From contig JBKSNA010000027.1 in the NCBI GenBank assembly GCA_046882085.1, positions 1 to 56,180 of the forward strand: a stretch of DNA of 56,180 nt, given 5' to 3'. Made by a program: the position numbers and the translations under genes. How positions within the stretch are numbered: position 1 is the first letter of the stretch; each line of letters begins with the position of its first letter. Under the pieces are notes generated by a model that had not been told where the DNA came from, ran no database searches, and worked only from the letters and a program-made list of their open reading frames with translations. Positions 18,709-25,869 of the stretch are shown here, one piece after another. The stretch is from Clostridia bacterium (GTDB taxonomy: Bacteria > Bacillota > Clostridia > Christensenellales > UBA1242).

Positions 18709-19960
18709 TTCGCTTTTTAGTACCATATATTTTGATTGAATTTTGTACTAGATATTTATCTTTTCGTAATAGTTCTTTTTGTACTAATTTATCCCCAGTA
18801 TATTTTTCTCGATACGATACTATATCCATTCCGACATTGGCATTTTTTAGATAAAAATATTCGTCATCAAAAAGCACTTTGTCTGTGTATTTGAGATCAG
18901 TGTCAACATAGATTTCTTCGCTAGGCTGGACAATATTAGACACATCGTTAGTAAGTTTATAACTAGTATTACCTAAGTCTTGACCGAATAGTCTAATGCG
19001 AATGGTGGTTGGTGAATAGTTGGTGATGATGGTAATCTTCTCATTTGTATTGTTTCTAAATTTAAGATCGCTAGTGCCGAAATTGACCATTGCGTCAAAT
19101 CCGTATTTTACATAATGTACTTGTTTACTATGTTTATTGGCTTCGATGATCTCCATGCCTGACAATAGAGCGGTGTTGTATAAAGTGCTAGACACTTGAC
19201 AGACACCACCGCCTATACCTTCGACAAATTCGTTATTGACAATTATTTTAGCTTCTTTATATCCATTCTCAGCGGTGCGTCTGCCTACAGTATTATTGAA
19301 GGAAAATATTTCATTAGGATATATTTCTATTTTATTGAGAGTGTGCATTGCATTTTTGATATTATGTTTTCTGTCTTCGTTAGATAGTGAGATGTCGGTT
19401 GAATACTCTCCCCTTAAGTGAGAGAACTTCGATAAGTCGTTCATGAAGATCTTAGGCGCAAGTTTAGTAATAGGAATTTCAATATCTAGCGATTCATTTG
19501 CTAGATATTTTTTTATTAAGATGCGATACAATTTTTGATTATCTATTTGAGTGCCATATTTTTCTGGAGTAATGAAAAATACTATTTCGCTATTAGAGTT
19601 GATTTTCAGTTTTGCATCGGTTGGAGATTGATTGATGATTTTCTCCATTTTGTGTATTGTCTTAGAAATATTAGGGAAGAGATATTCTATGGCTATATTA
19701 TCGTCTATACCTATTTTGATCATATGCTGAAGTAGAGCTTGGCGCTCTAGAGTATTGCCAAATCTTTTGTATTTATTGATAATATAGTTCTGATCAAACT
19801 GTGTGCTGACTTTGATATTATTATCTAGCGTATAGCAAAATACTTTGTCTCCGTAATGGAATAAAATTTTCTCATTGCCATATGCGTAGACTACACCGAT
19901 ATTAAATATAGTGCAAGAAAAAATTACACACAAGACTATCGGGATAATAACCTTTTTCAT
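18692..19960 (-). CDS. VanW-family protein with an N-terminal membrane anchor
   Basis: GGGVCQVSSTLYNTALLSGMEI is the VanW-domain signature. The start is taken at MKKVIIPIVLCVIF (ATG 19960), while the track ORF begins at an upstream TTG. It overlaps the convergent LRR gene by 17 nt. Confidence 0.8.
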   Translation of the reverse strand: MKKVIIPIVLCVIFSCTIFNIGVVYAYGNEKILFHYGDKVFCYTLDNNIKVSTQFDQNYIINKYKRFGNTLERQALLQHMIKIGIDDNIAIEYLFPNISKTIHKMEKIINQSPTDAKLKINSNSEIVFFITPEKYGTQIDNQKLYRILIKKYLANESLDIEIPITKLAPKIFMNDLSKFSHLRGEYSTDISLSNEDRKHNIKNAMHTLNKIEIYPNEIFSFNNTVGRRTAENGYKEAKIIVNNEFVEGIGGGVCQVSSTLYNTALLSGMEIIEANKHSKQVHYVKYGFDAMVNFGTSDLKFRNNTNEKITIITNYSPTTIRIRLFGQDLGNTSYKLTNDVSNIVQPSEEIYVDTDLKYTDKVLFDDEYFYLKNANVGMDIVSYREKYTGDKLVQKELLRKDKYLVQNSIKIYGTKKRTTASD

Positions 19961-20159
19961 AGTCGTATTATGTGTAATTTTGTCAAAATATATTATAGGC
20001 CGAACACTAAAAGTATTCAAACTACCACCTACTTTGAAGAATATAACACTTTTAAAATAAAGTCAAACAAAAATATAATACTTTTTGAAAAAATTTGTAT
20101 TTATTTTTATTTTAATTATATTCATTTGCATTTTTTACTTTTTTGGATATAATAATAGT

Positions 20160-21026
20160 ATGCTAAATATATTAGTTGCGCCGATCAAGAGTGTTGCTAG
20201 AGCGCAAAAAGTTACTAGAACTATTGTAAAATACCTAAAAGAACAGAATGTAGAATATTCTGTATATTTTTCATTAGATCATGATGATATGTTGAAGAAT
20301 GTCAAAGAATTACATGACAATGGAGAGTTTGAATTTGTAATAGTCGGCGACGATATTATGCTTAATAAATTCGTGAATTATTTCAAAGATTTATCTAAGA
20401 TTAAATTTGGTATCATACCGGTAGGCAAGAAGTGTGATTTCGCTAATTGTTTAGGGGTGGAATCAAAGCCTATAAAATCAATCCAAAGAATACTAAACAA
20501 AGAAATTCAGCTTGTAGATTATTTGCAAATCAATGATAGACGTGTGTTAAATAATTTAATAATTGGAGCAAGTGTAGAAACTGCGATTGCGTATGAGCAG
20601 TATAGACTAAAAAATTTCTTTTCTAAGAAATTTGCAGAGATTAATCATGGCCAAAAATTTAATGGTGTAGATCTTTCTCTACGCATTAAAAATGAGAAAA
20701 ATATAGAAGAAACAATCTTTGAATTAATTGTGGCGAATGCTGGATACAGCGAAGGAAAAAATGTAAGTCCTTTGGCTAATATGTCAGATGGATTATTTAA
20801 TATTAGTTATTCAACGGCTGAAGAAGCTCAAGATAAGAAACGATTTGTAAAAGATATGAATGAAGGTAAGCACATCTACGATGATAGAGTAGTTCAGCTT
20901 TGGACAGACAATTTAAAAATAACTAATGATGATAAAAAAATAAAAGCATTGGTTGATGGAGTATATGATAGCTTTGACGAAATCAATGTAGCTATAGTAG
21001 AAAATGGATTGAAGATATATAAATAA
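20160..21026 (+). CDS. DAG-kinase/YegS-fold lipid-kinase-like protein with degenerate glycine motifs
   Basis: Layout and length fit the DAGK catalytic fold (NILVAPIKS...EFEFVIVGDDIMLNKFVN). However, the GGDGT box reads VGDDIM. Start is uncertain: the ATG at 20160 sits 6 nt after a TATAAT box, and the track ORF starts at TTG 20085. Confidence 0.5.
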   Translation: MLNILVAPIKSVARAQKVTRTIVKYLKEQNVEYSVYFSLDHDDMLKNVKELHDNGEFEFVIVGDDIMLNKFVNYFKDLSKIKFGIIPVGKKCDFANCLGVESKPIKSIQRILNKEIQLVDYLQINDRRVLNNLIIGASVETAIAYEQYRLKNFFSKKFAEINHGQKFNGVDLSLRIKNEKNIEETIFELIVANAGYSEGKNVSPLANMSDGLFNISYSTAEEAQDKKRFVKDMNEGKHIYDDRVVQLWTDNLKITNDDKKIKALVDGVYDSFDEINVAIVENGLKIYK

Positions 21027-21050
21027 AAGTAAAAAATTTTTAAATATATG

Positions 21051-21079
21051 TTGACATTATCATATTCTTATGCTAAAAT
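21051..21079 (+). promoter_or_regulatory. Consensus sigma-A promoter upstream of rpmG-secE-nusG
   Basis: TTGACA (21051-21056), 17 nt spacer, TGcTAAAAT (extended -10, hexamer 21074-21079). Confidence 0.6.
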
Positions 21080-21093
21080 AATCACAGAAAAAT

Positions 21094-21116
21094 ACATCCG
21101 AACGGGTGTTTTTTTA
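21094..21116 (+). terminator. Terminator-like hairpin inside the rpmG leader
   Basis: ACATCC-GAAC-GGGTGT followed by T7 (21110-21116). It lies between the promoter and the rpmG ribosome-binding site. Confidence 0.4.
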
Positions 21117-21145
21117 AGACTTATTTGAATTTAAGGAGAGAATAT

Positions 21146-21316
21146 ATGGCAAAGAAAGCTAAATCTAAGAGAGAGAAGATTCAGTTAGAGTGTACTGAAT
21201 GCAAGATGAGAAATTATGACACATCTAAGAATAAGGCTAACGATCCAGACAGATTAGAAATCAACAAGTATTGCCCTAAGTGTCAAAAGACTACAAAGCA
21301 TAAAGAAACTAAGTAG
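21146..21316 (+). CDS. rpmG: 50S ribosomal protein L33 (zinc-ribbon type)
   Basis: [24 protein letters not shown]...[24 protein letters not shown] lies upstream of ATG 21146. Two CxxC pairs are present. Confidence 0.93.
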   Translation: MAKKAKSKREKIQLECTECKMRNYDTSKNKANDPDRLEINKYCPKCQKTTKHKETK

Positions 21317-21324
21317 AGGTGAAT

Positions 21325-21627
21325 ATGTCTAACGAAAAAGAAACTCTTCAAACAGAGGAGAAAGTGGTAGAAAATAAATCTACTAACAAAGTGGTCGAAG
21401 TAAAGGCTAAGAATGTAGCTAAGAAAAAGAAAGACAAAGTGAAGAAACCAAGCAAGGTTGGTAAAGCACTTAAAGATACAGGCGCTGAGTTGAAGAAAGT
21501 ATCATGGCCTAAGTTTAAGGAAGTGGTAAAACAAACCGGTATAGTATTGGTGGTAGTACTTGTATTCACTTTGGTTATTTTCGGTGTGGATAGACTATGT
21601 TCATGGCTTACAGGCTTATTATTTTAG
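21325..21627 (+). CDS. secE: Preprotein translocase subunit SecE with a Lys-rich N-terminal extension
   Basis: The conserved ELKKVSWPKFKEV is followed by a single TM helix at the C-terminus. It sits between rpmG and nusG. The ATG at 21325 follows AGAGG. Confidence 0.85.
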   Translation: MSNEKETLQTEEKVVENKSTNKVVEVKAKNVAKKKKDKVKKPSKVGKALKDTGAELKKVSWPKFKEVVKQTGIVLVVVLVFTLVIFGVDRLCSWLTGLLF

Positions 21628-21643
21628 GACGTAAGGAGAATTT

Positions 21644-22204
21644 ATGGCTATAGTAGATAAGAATATTGATAAAGAACCTAAGTGGTATGTATTGCATGTA
21701 TTCTCTGGCTATGAAAATATTGCTAAGCAAAACTTAGAGATCACTGTAGATAAATACAACCTACAAAATCGTATTTTTCAGATCGTAATTCCGATGGAAG
21801 ATGTCTTAGAAGAGAAGCGCGGTAAGAAAGTATTAGTCCCTAAGAAGACTATGCCTGGATACATCTTAGTGAAGATGATGTATGGCGATGATATCTGGCA
21901 TGCTGTTACTCGTACACAGTATATTACAGGTTTCGTTGGTCCTAAAGGTCGTCCTATTTGTATCACAGACGAAGAAGCTAGAAGATTAGGTGTAGATGGT
22001 GGCAACACTGCTGAAGCTAAGTATGAATTAGAGGTAAAGGTCGGAGATATTGTTGAGATTATCGACGGATCGTTGGCTAACTTCGTAGGCAATGTTATCG
22101 CAGTAGATGAAGAAAATCAAAAAGTTACTTGTATGGTCGAAATGTTCGGTCGTAATAGCGAAGTAGAGCTTGGTTTCGGTCAGATTAGAGTAAGTAACGG
22201 CTAG
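21644..22204 (+). CDS. nusG: Transcription termination/antitermination factor NusG
   Basis: KWYVLHVFSGYENIAKQNLE (NGN domain) and a C-terminal KOW (GDIVEIIDGSLANFVGNVIAVDEENQKVTCMVEMFGR) are present. Confidence 0.95.
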   Translation: MAIVDKNIDKEPKWYVLHVFSGYENIAKQNLEITVDKYNLQNRIFQIVIPMEDVLEEKRGKKVLVPKKTMPGYILVKMMYGDDIWHAVTRTQYITGFVGPKGRPICITDEEARRLGVDGGNTAEAKYELEVKVGDIVEIIDGSLANFVGNVIAVDEENQKVTCMVEMFGRNSEVELGFGQIRVSNG

Positions 22205-22210
22205 AATTCA

Positions 22211-22238
22211 AATGTCAATCTTATGGTTGACATTTTTT
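22211..22238 (+). terminator. Intrinsic terminator after nusG
   Basis: AATGTCAA (22211-22218) pairs with TTGACATT (22227-22234), followed by a T-run. Confidence 0.6.
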
Positions 22239-22252
22239 ACGGAAATTTGGTA

Positions 22253-22281
22253 TTGACAATATCTAATAGATATGATATACT
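22253..22281 (+). promoter_or_regulatory. Consensus extended -10 promoter of the 22324 orphan gene
   Basis: TTGACA (22253-22258), 17 nt spacer, TGaTATACT (hexamer 22276-22281). Confidence 0.6.
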
Positions 22282-22323
22282 AAATACCGACTGAGTCGGG
22301 GCGTGCCCCGGAAGGAGAGTATT

Positions 22324-22689
22324 ATGATAGTAAAAGTGAACACAATAGACCTATGTTACAACAACAAAGAATATAAGTATGATGTAGCTGATGTTGAAGA
22401 GTTTGGTTGGGAAATGATTGGTTTTGGATTATTGTACCCAATTTTAAAGAATGAGACACCTTTTATGTTGAGAGATTGTCAATCTGAGGTTTATGTAAAG
22501 TTTAGAGATCCTAAAGAAAATGAGAATCAAGATAGTATGATTAGTATTGTGAAGGCGACTGCTAAGACTCCATATGGAGAACTTATAATTCGTACTGAAG
22601 AATATGATGCTGATAAGTTAAGTTTCACGTTGCCTAAGGGCGTTCTTTGGGGCAAAAAAGCTGAATCCGAAAATTTAAATAGCTTATAG
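22324..22689 (+). CDS. Hypothetical cytoplasmic protein (121 aa), no family recognised
   Basis: ATG 22324 follows GGAAGGAGAG. The track ORF starts earlier at a GTG inside the leader hairpin. No TM segment, signal peptide or motif was recognised. Confidence 0.6.
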   Translation: MIVKVNTIDLCYNNKEYKYDVADVEEFGWEMIGFGLLYPILKNETPFMLRDCQSEVYVKFRDPKENENQDSMISIVKATAKTPYGELIIRTEEYDADKLSFTLPKGVLWGKKAESENLNSL

Positions 22690-22780
22690 ATCTAAATGAT
22701 ACTTTATAGAGATTTCGACAATTTTATGACAATTTCATCAAGATTGCCGAAATTTTTTATGAAATTTTGAATATTGTAAA

Positions 22781-22809
22781 TTGACGGCTTATACAATATT
22801 TGTTAAAAT
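22781..22809 (+). promoter_or_regulatory. Consensus extended -10 promoter of the 22852 orphan gene
   Basis: TTGACG (22781-22786), 17 nt spacer, TGtTAAAAT (hexamer 22804-22809). Confidence 0.6.
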
Positions 22810-22851
22810 CTAATTCTGCCGGCTAAAAAATATAGATTAAAAGGAGAGAAA

Positions 22852-23331
22852 ATGGATATCAAAATAGTTAGAAGTAATAAATTAAATAAATTACAACATT
22901 TACATACAGAGGCTTATCATGTTATTGAAAATTTAACTGATAAAGAATGGCAACTACTATATCGTAGACTTGGTCATTTTAATGGTAATGAATTGATGGT
23001 GAAGTTAGATGTAGATACTTTCTGCCGTTTGGGCGAAGAAGATTATATTCCATATGCAATTTTATCAGTAGATGGACAGAAGCCAATTTATGTAATAACA
23101 TCTTTCGATGTATATAACTACAAACGTTTGATGGCTACAGAAGAACGTACTAGTGCATTCATGCTCGACAAGAGTAAGATCTTACGTGCTTTTTGTCAAG
23201 GAATTTTAGCAAACAATAGTGAAGATTTGTTCTATTACAATATCGAACTTGATGAACATATTGAGAGAGAATTAAATTATCAAACAAAAAATGAAATTGA
23301 AGTTCCGCTAAGTGATCCAATATTGGTATAA
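22852..23331 (+). CDS. Hypothetical cytoplasmic protein (159 aa), no family recognised
   Basis: AAAGGAGAG lies upstream of the ATG. It has its own promoter and terminator. No motif was recognised. Confidence 0.65.
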   Translation: MDIKIVRSNKLNKLQHLHTEAYHVIENLTDKEWQLLYRRLGHFNGNELMVKLDVDTFCRLGEEDYIPYAILSVDGQKPIYVITSFDVYNYKRLMATEERTSAFMLDKSKILRAFCQGILANNSEDLFYYNIELDEHIERELNYQTKNEIEVPLSDPILV

Positions 23332-23333
23332 AA

Positions 23334-23359
23334 GACTAAGTATGTGCTTAGTTTTTTTA
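23334..23359 (+). terminator. Intrinsic terminator after the 22852 gene
   Basis: ACTAAG (23335-23340) pairs with CTTAGT (23347-23352), followed by T7. Confidence 0.6.
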
Positions 23360-23417
23360 TGCAGAAATAGGATTAAATAAGATTAATATATTCTATATAT
23401 AAAATTTAATAAATCTA

Positions 23418-23446
23418 TTGACTAAAAAAAATTGTTGTGATATAAT
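23418..23446 (+). promoter_or_regulatory. Perfect-consensus sigma-A promoter for rplK-rplA
   Basis: TTGACT (23418-23423), 17 nt spacer, TGaTATAAT (hexamer 23441-23446). Confidence 0.7.
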
Positions 23447-23486
23447 ACAACACAGGAAACTGATCTGCCTAAAAGAGATAGGACTT

Positions 23487-23525
23487 CGTGGGAGAGCAAA
23501 ATATCGGATTGCTCCATTAACCACG
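23487..23525 (+). promoter_or_regulatory. Structured rplK leader element (possible L1 autoregulatory site)
   Basis: Nested helices are visible: an outer CGTGG (23487-23491) / CCACG (23521-23525) and an inner GAGCAA / TTGCTC with a 9-nt loop. The element ends 8 nt before the AGGAGG site. Confidence 0.3.
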
Positions 23526-23546
23526 CCATTATAGGAGGAAATGAAA

Positions 23547-23987
23547 ATGGCAAAAAAAGTAAAAGCTGTCGTTAAACTTCAACTTCCTGCTGGTAAAGCT
23601 ACTGCTGGTCCACCAGTTGGTTCAATGTTGGGTTCTCAAGGTGTTAACATCGGCGCCTTCGTGAAGGAATTTAATGACAAAACATCTAACATGATCGGAT
23701 ATAATATTCCATGTGTTATTAGTGTTTACGATGATAGAAGTTTCACATTTATTATGAAACAACCACCTGCTGCAGATTTGATCTTGAAGGAAGCAGGAAT
23801 TGAGAAGGGTTCTGATAAGGCCCCTAAGAACAAAGTTGGTAAATTAACTGTCGAACAACTTAAGAAGATCGCTGAGACTAAGATGAGCGACCTTACTGCT
23901 GCTAGTATCGAGGCTGCTATGAGCATGATCGCTGGTACTGCTAGAAGTATGGGTATCGTAGTGGAGGGTTACAATGAGAAGAAGTAA
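23547..23987 (+). CDS. rplK: 50S ribosomal protein L11
   Basis: [38 protein letters not shown] 23547 lies 8 nt after AGGAGG, whereas the track start at 23541 is too close to the ribosome-binding site. Confidence 0.95.
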   Translation: MAKKVKAVVKLQLPAGKATAGPPVGSMLGSQGVNIGAFVKEFNDKTSNMIGYNIPCVISVYDDRSFTFIMKQPPAADLILKEAGIEKGSDKAPKNKVGKLTVEQLKKIAETKMSDLTAASIEAAMSMIAGTARSMGIVVEGYNEKK

Positions 23988-24663
23988 GAATTATAACGAA
24001 AGTTTGAAACTTATAGACAAGACTAAACTCTACACTACTAAAGAAGCTATGGATTTGGTAGTTACTACATCTAAGGCTAAGTTTGACGAAACTGTTGAAT
24101 TACACGTTAAGCTTGGTGTAGATGGTCGTAATGCTGATCAACAAGTTCGTGGCGTAGTAGTATTGCCAGAAGGTACTGGTAAGACTGTTAGAGTATTAGT
24201 AATCGCTAAGGGCGACAAGGCTGACGAAGCTAGAAAGGCTGGCGCAGATGTAGTTGGTGATGACGATGTTATCGCTAAGATCATGGGCGGTTGGTTAGAC
24301 TTCGACGTATGTATTACTACACCAGATATGATGGGTGCTATTGGTCGTTGTGCTCGTATCCTTGGACCTAAAGGTTTGATGCCAAACCCTAAGAGCGGTA
24401 CTGTTACTATGGACGTTACTAAGGCTATTAACGATGTTAAGGCTGGTAAGGTAGAATATCGTCTAGATAAGCAAAACATTATCCACGTTCGCGTAGGTAA
24501 AGTAAGCTTCGGTGCAGATAGACTTCTTAATAACTTAACTACTGTTATGGACGCTATTGTAAGAGCTAAGCCAGCAGCAGCTAAGGGTACTTACTTGAGA
24601 TCTACTTATGTAGCTACTACAATGGGACCAAGTATTAAGTTCAATTACAGCGAAATTAAATAA
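23974..24663 (+). CDS. rplA: 50S ribosomal protein L1
   Basis: 229 aa, with ...[30 protein letters not shown]...[15 protein letters not shown]. It overlaps rplK by 14 nt. Confidence 0.95.
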   Translation: MRRSKNYNESLKLIDKTKLYTTKEAMDLVVTTSKAKFDETVELHVKLGVDGRNADQQVRGVVVLPEGTGKTVRVLVIAKGDKADEARKAGADVVGDDDVIAKIMGGWLDFDVCITTPDMMGAIGRCARILGPKGLMPNPKSGTVTMDVTKAINDVKAGKVEYRLDKQNIIHVRVGKVSFGADRLLNNLTTVMDAIVRAKPAAAKGTYLRSTYVATTMGPSIKFNYSEIK

Positions 24664-24664
24664 T

Positions 24665-24694
24665 AAAAAATGACTCAAATTGAGTCATTTTTTT
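24665..24694. terminator. Bidirectional intrinsic terminator, copy 1 of a 30-bp palindrome
   Basis: AAAAAATGACTCAAATTGAGTCATTTTTTT: 7-bp arms TGACTCA/TGAGTCA with an A-run and a T-run. A near-identical copy lies at 25838-25867. Confidence 0.8.
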
Positions 24695-24896
24695 ATATGA
24701 ATTTTCTGCCAACTAGTTCATCTAGTGTAATCTGAAAAATATCTGCTAATTTGATTAATATATTAATATCTGGTGTAGAGTATCCATTCTCATAATTTGA
24801 AACCAAACTTTTCTTGCCACTCAAAAGATTAGCCAACTTTTCTTGTGTTAGCCCGAGACTTTTTCTATAAAATTTAATATTCTCCGCGATTTTCAT
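24693..24896 (-). CDS. XRE/Cro-family helix-turn-helix transcriptional regulator
   Basis: MKIAENIKFYRKSLGLTQEKLANLLSGKKSLVSNYENGYSTPDINILIKLADIFQITLDELV is a canonical HTH_3. The start is taken at ATG 24896, while the track ORF starts at TTG 24920. Confidence 0.8.
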   Translation of the reverse strand: MKIAENIKFYRKSLGLTQEKLANLLSGKKSLVSNYENGYSTPDINILIKLADIFQITLDELVGRKFI

Positions 24897-24949
24897 TTTA
24901 TATACTATTATTGTTGACAATTGTACAAGAAATTTGTCAATAAAAATAA

Positions 24950-24970
24950 AAGTACAAGATATTTGTACTT
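24950..24970. promoter_or_regulatory. Candidate operator palindrome in the XRE/lipoprotein divergent region
   Basis: AAGTACAA-GATAT-TTGTACTT has perfect 8-bp inverted arms. A related self-complementary TTGTACAA lies at 24921-24928, and TTGACAA/TTGTCAA arms lie at 24914-24940. Confidence 0.4.
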
Positions 24971-24990
24971 TGCAAATAAGGAGAAATAGA

Positions 24991-25832
24991 GTGAAAAAGA
25001 AGGTTTTGAAAGTTTTGGGTGTTGGTGCATTGACTTTGGTTGGGGCTTGTACATTAATGGGCTGTAGTCTAGATGAAGATCAAATGAGATTATTAGAAGA
25101 TAAAGTAGATATGTTTCAGCAGTATGCAGATCAGATTAATCAAGAATTGGCTGAGGCAAATTTGAAATTAGATGATCAAACGATTTTATTGCAAGAACAA
25201 TTAAATTTAATTAATCAACAAATGTTAGCGGATAGAGCGTGGGGTTGGTTCAGACGGCTATAGCAAAATTCACATTAAACATGGATGGAGTAAGAGATAA
25301 TTTAGTACTATCTCAGACGATGGGAGGAGAAACCCGACATACTAGTATATATAAAACTCAGTCTGGAGTTTATGTGGTAGGTGATCCTTCTAATAATTTA
25401 ATGTACGAAAATAATAATAATGGTGTTTATATTTACTATAAAGATGATGGGATATGGCAAAAAGAAGTATACGAGGGATATTCAGATTTAGGAGCTTATC
25501 TTACAGAAGTGGTTATTACTAATCTTCTTTCGTGCTTGGAGAAAAATGCTGTAGTAAGTGTTGAAATTCTATCAGGAGGCGATTACAAAGTGACTTTTGT
25601 GTCCAGCTACGATAGAGGTGGGATTGCAACTGAAACAATATACACTAAATTAGTAGTAAATTCTGATGCTAGGATAATATCCGTGTCACGTGTTGGCATG
25701 TTAATTGATAATTATAATGAAGTAACTTCCGGAAACATTTATGATTGGATAATAGAATTTAGATATGGAGAGGTTGAAACTGAATTATTGTTAAATAGGC
25801 TAGAAGATGCTATAGAGTGTCCTTTGAAATAA
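24991..25832 (+). pseudogene. Lipoprotein gene split by a one-base frameshift (ORFs 24991..25263 and 25239..25832)
   Basis: GTG 24991 follows AAGGAG. The N-terminus VKKKVLKVLGVGALTLVGACTLMGC is a signal peptide plus lipobox. The downstream frame opens at 25236 and overlaps the first ORF across a GGGG run (25241-25244). One extra G would read ...ADRAWGLVQTAIAKF... continuously. Confidence 0.45.
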
Positions 25833-25837
25833 TATAT

Positions 25838-25867
25838 AAAAAATGACTCAATTTGAGTCATTTTTTT
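25838..25867. terminator. Bidirectional intrinsic terminator, copy 2 of the 30-bp palindrome
   Basis: AAAAAATGACTCAATTTGAGTCATTTTTTT. It differs from 24665-24694 only at the loop (ATT versus AAT), so it is essentially the inverted copy. It is shared by the lipoprotein ORF and dut. Confidence 0.8.
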
Positions 25868-25869
25868 GT

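Noticed and set aside
17447-20020. Prophage remnant spanning the small ORF, the LRR protein and the VanW gene
   Set aside because: I recognised no integrase, terminase, capsid, holin or other phage hallmark. The only support is my unverified impression of the LRR protein's N-terminus.
21348-24479. Antisense ORFs inside secE, nusG, rplK and rplA (21348..21569, 21778..22092, 23726..23926, 24138..24479)
   Set aside because: They lie opposite highly conserved, confidently identified genes and have no start signals. The same reasoning applies to the other short ORFs nested in pheT, pheS, the ABC genes, cysS and the giant genes.
25239-25832. Second half of the split lipoprotein as an independent gene starting at GTG 25239 or ATG 25281
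   Set aside because: It has no ribosome-binding site, signal peptide or promoter. Its reading frame opens precisely within the overlap with the upstream lipoprotein ORF at a G-run, so a frameshifted single gene is the better explanation.
24665-25867. Interpretation of the two 30-bp palindromes as ends of a mobile or invertible element
   Set aside because: There is no recombinase or transposase, and I could see no target-site duplication. The repeat is itself an almost perfect palindrome, so direct versus inverted orientation carries little information. It is kept only as a rearrangement or terminator-duplication observation.
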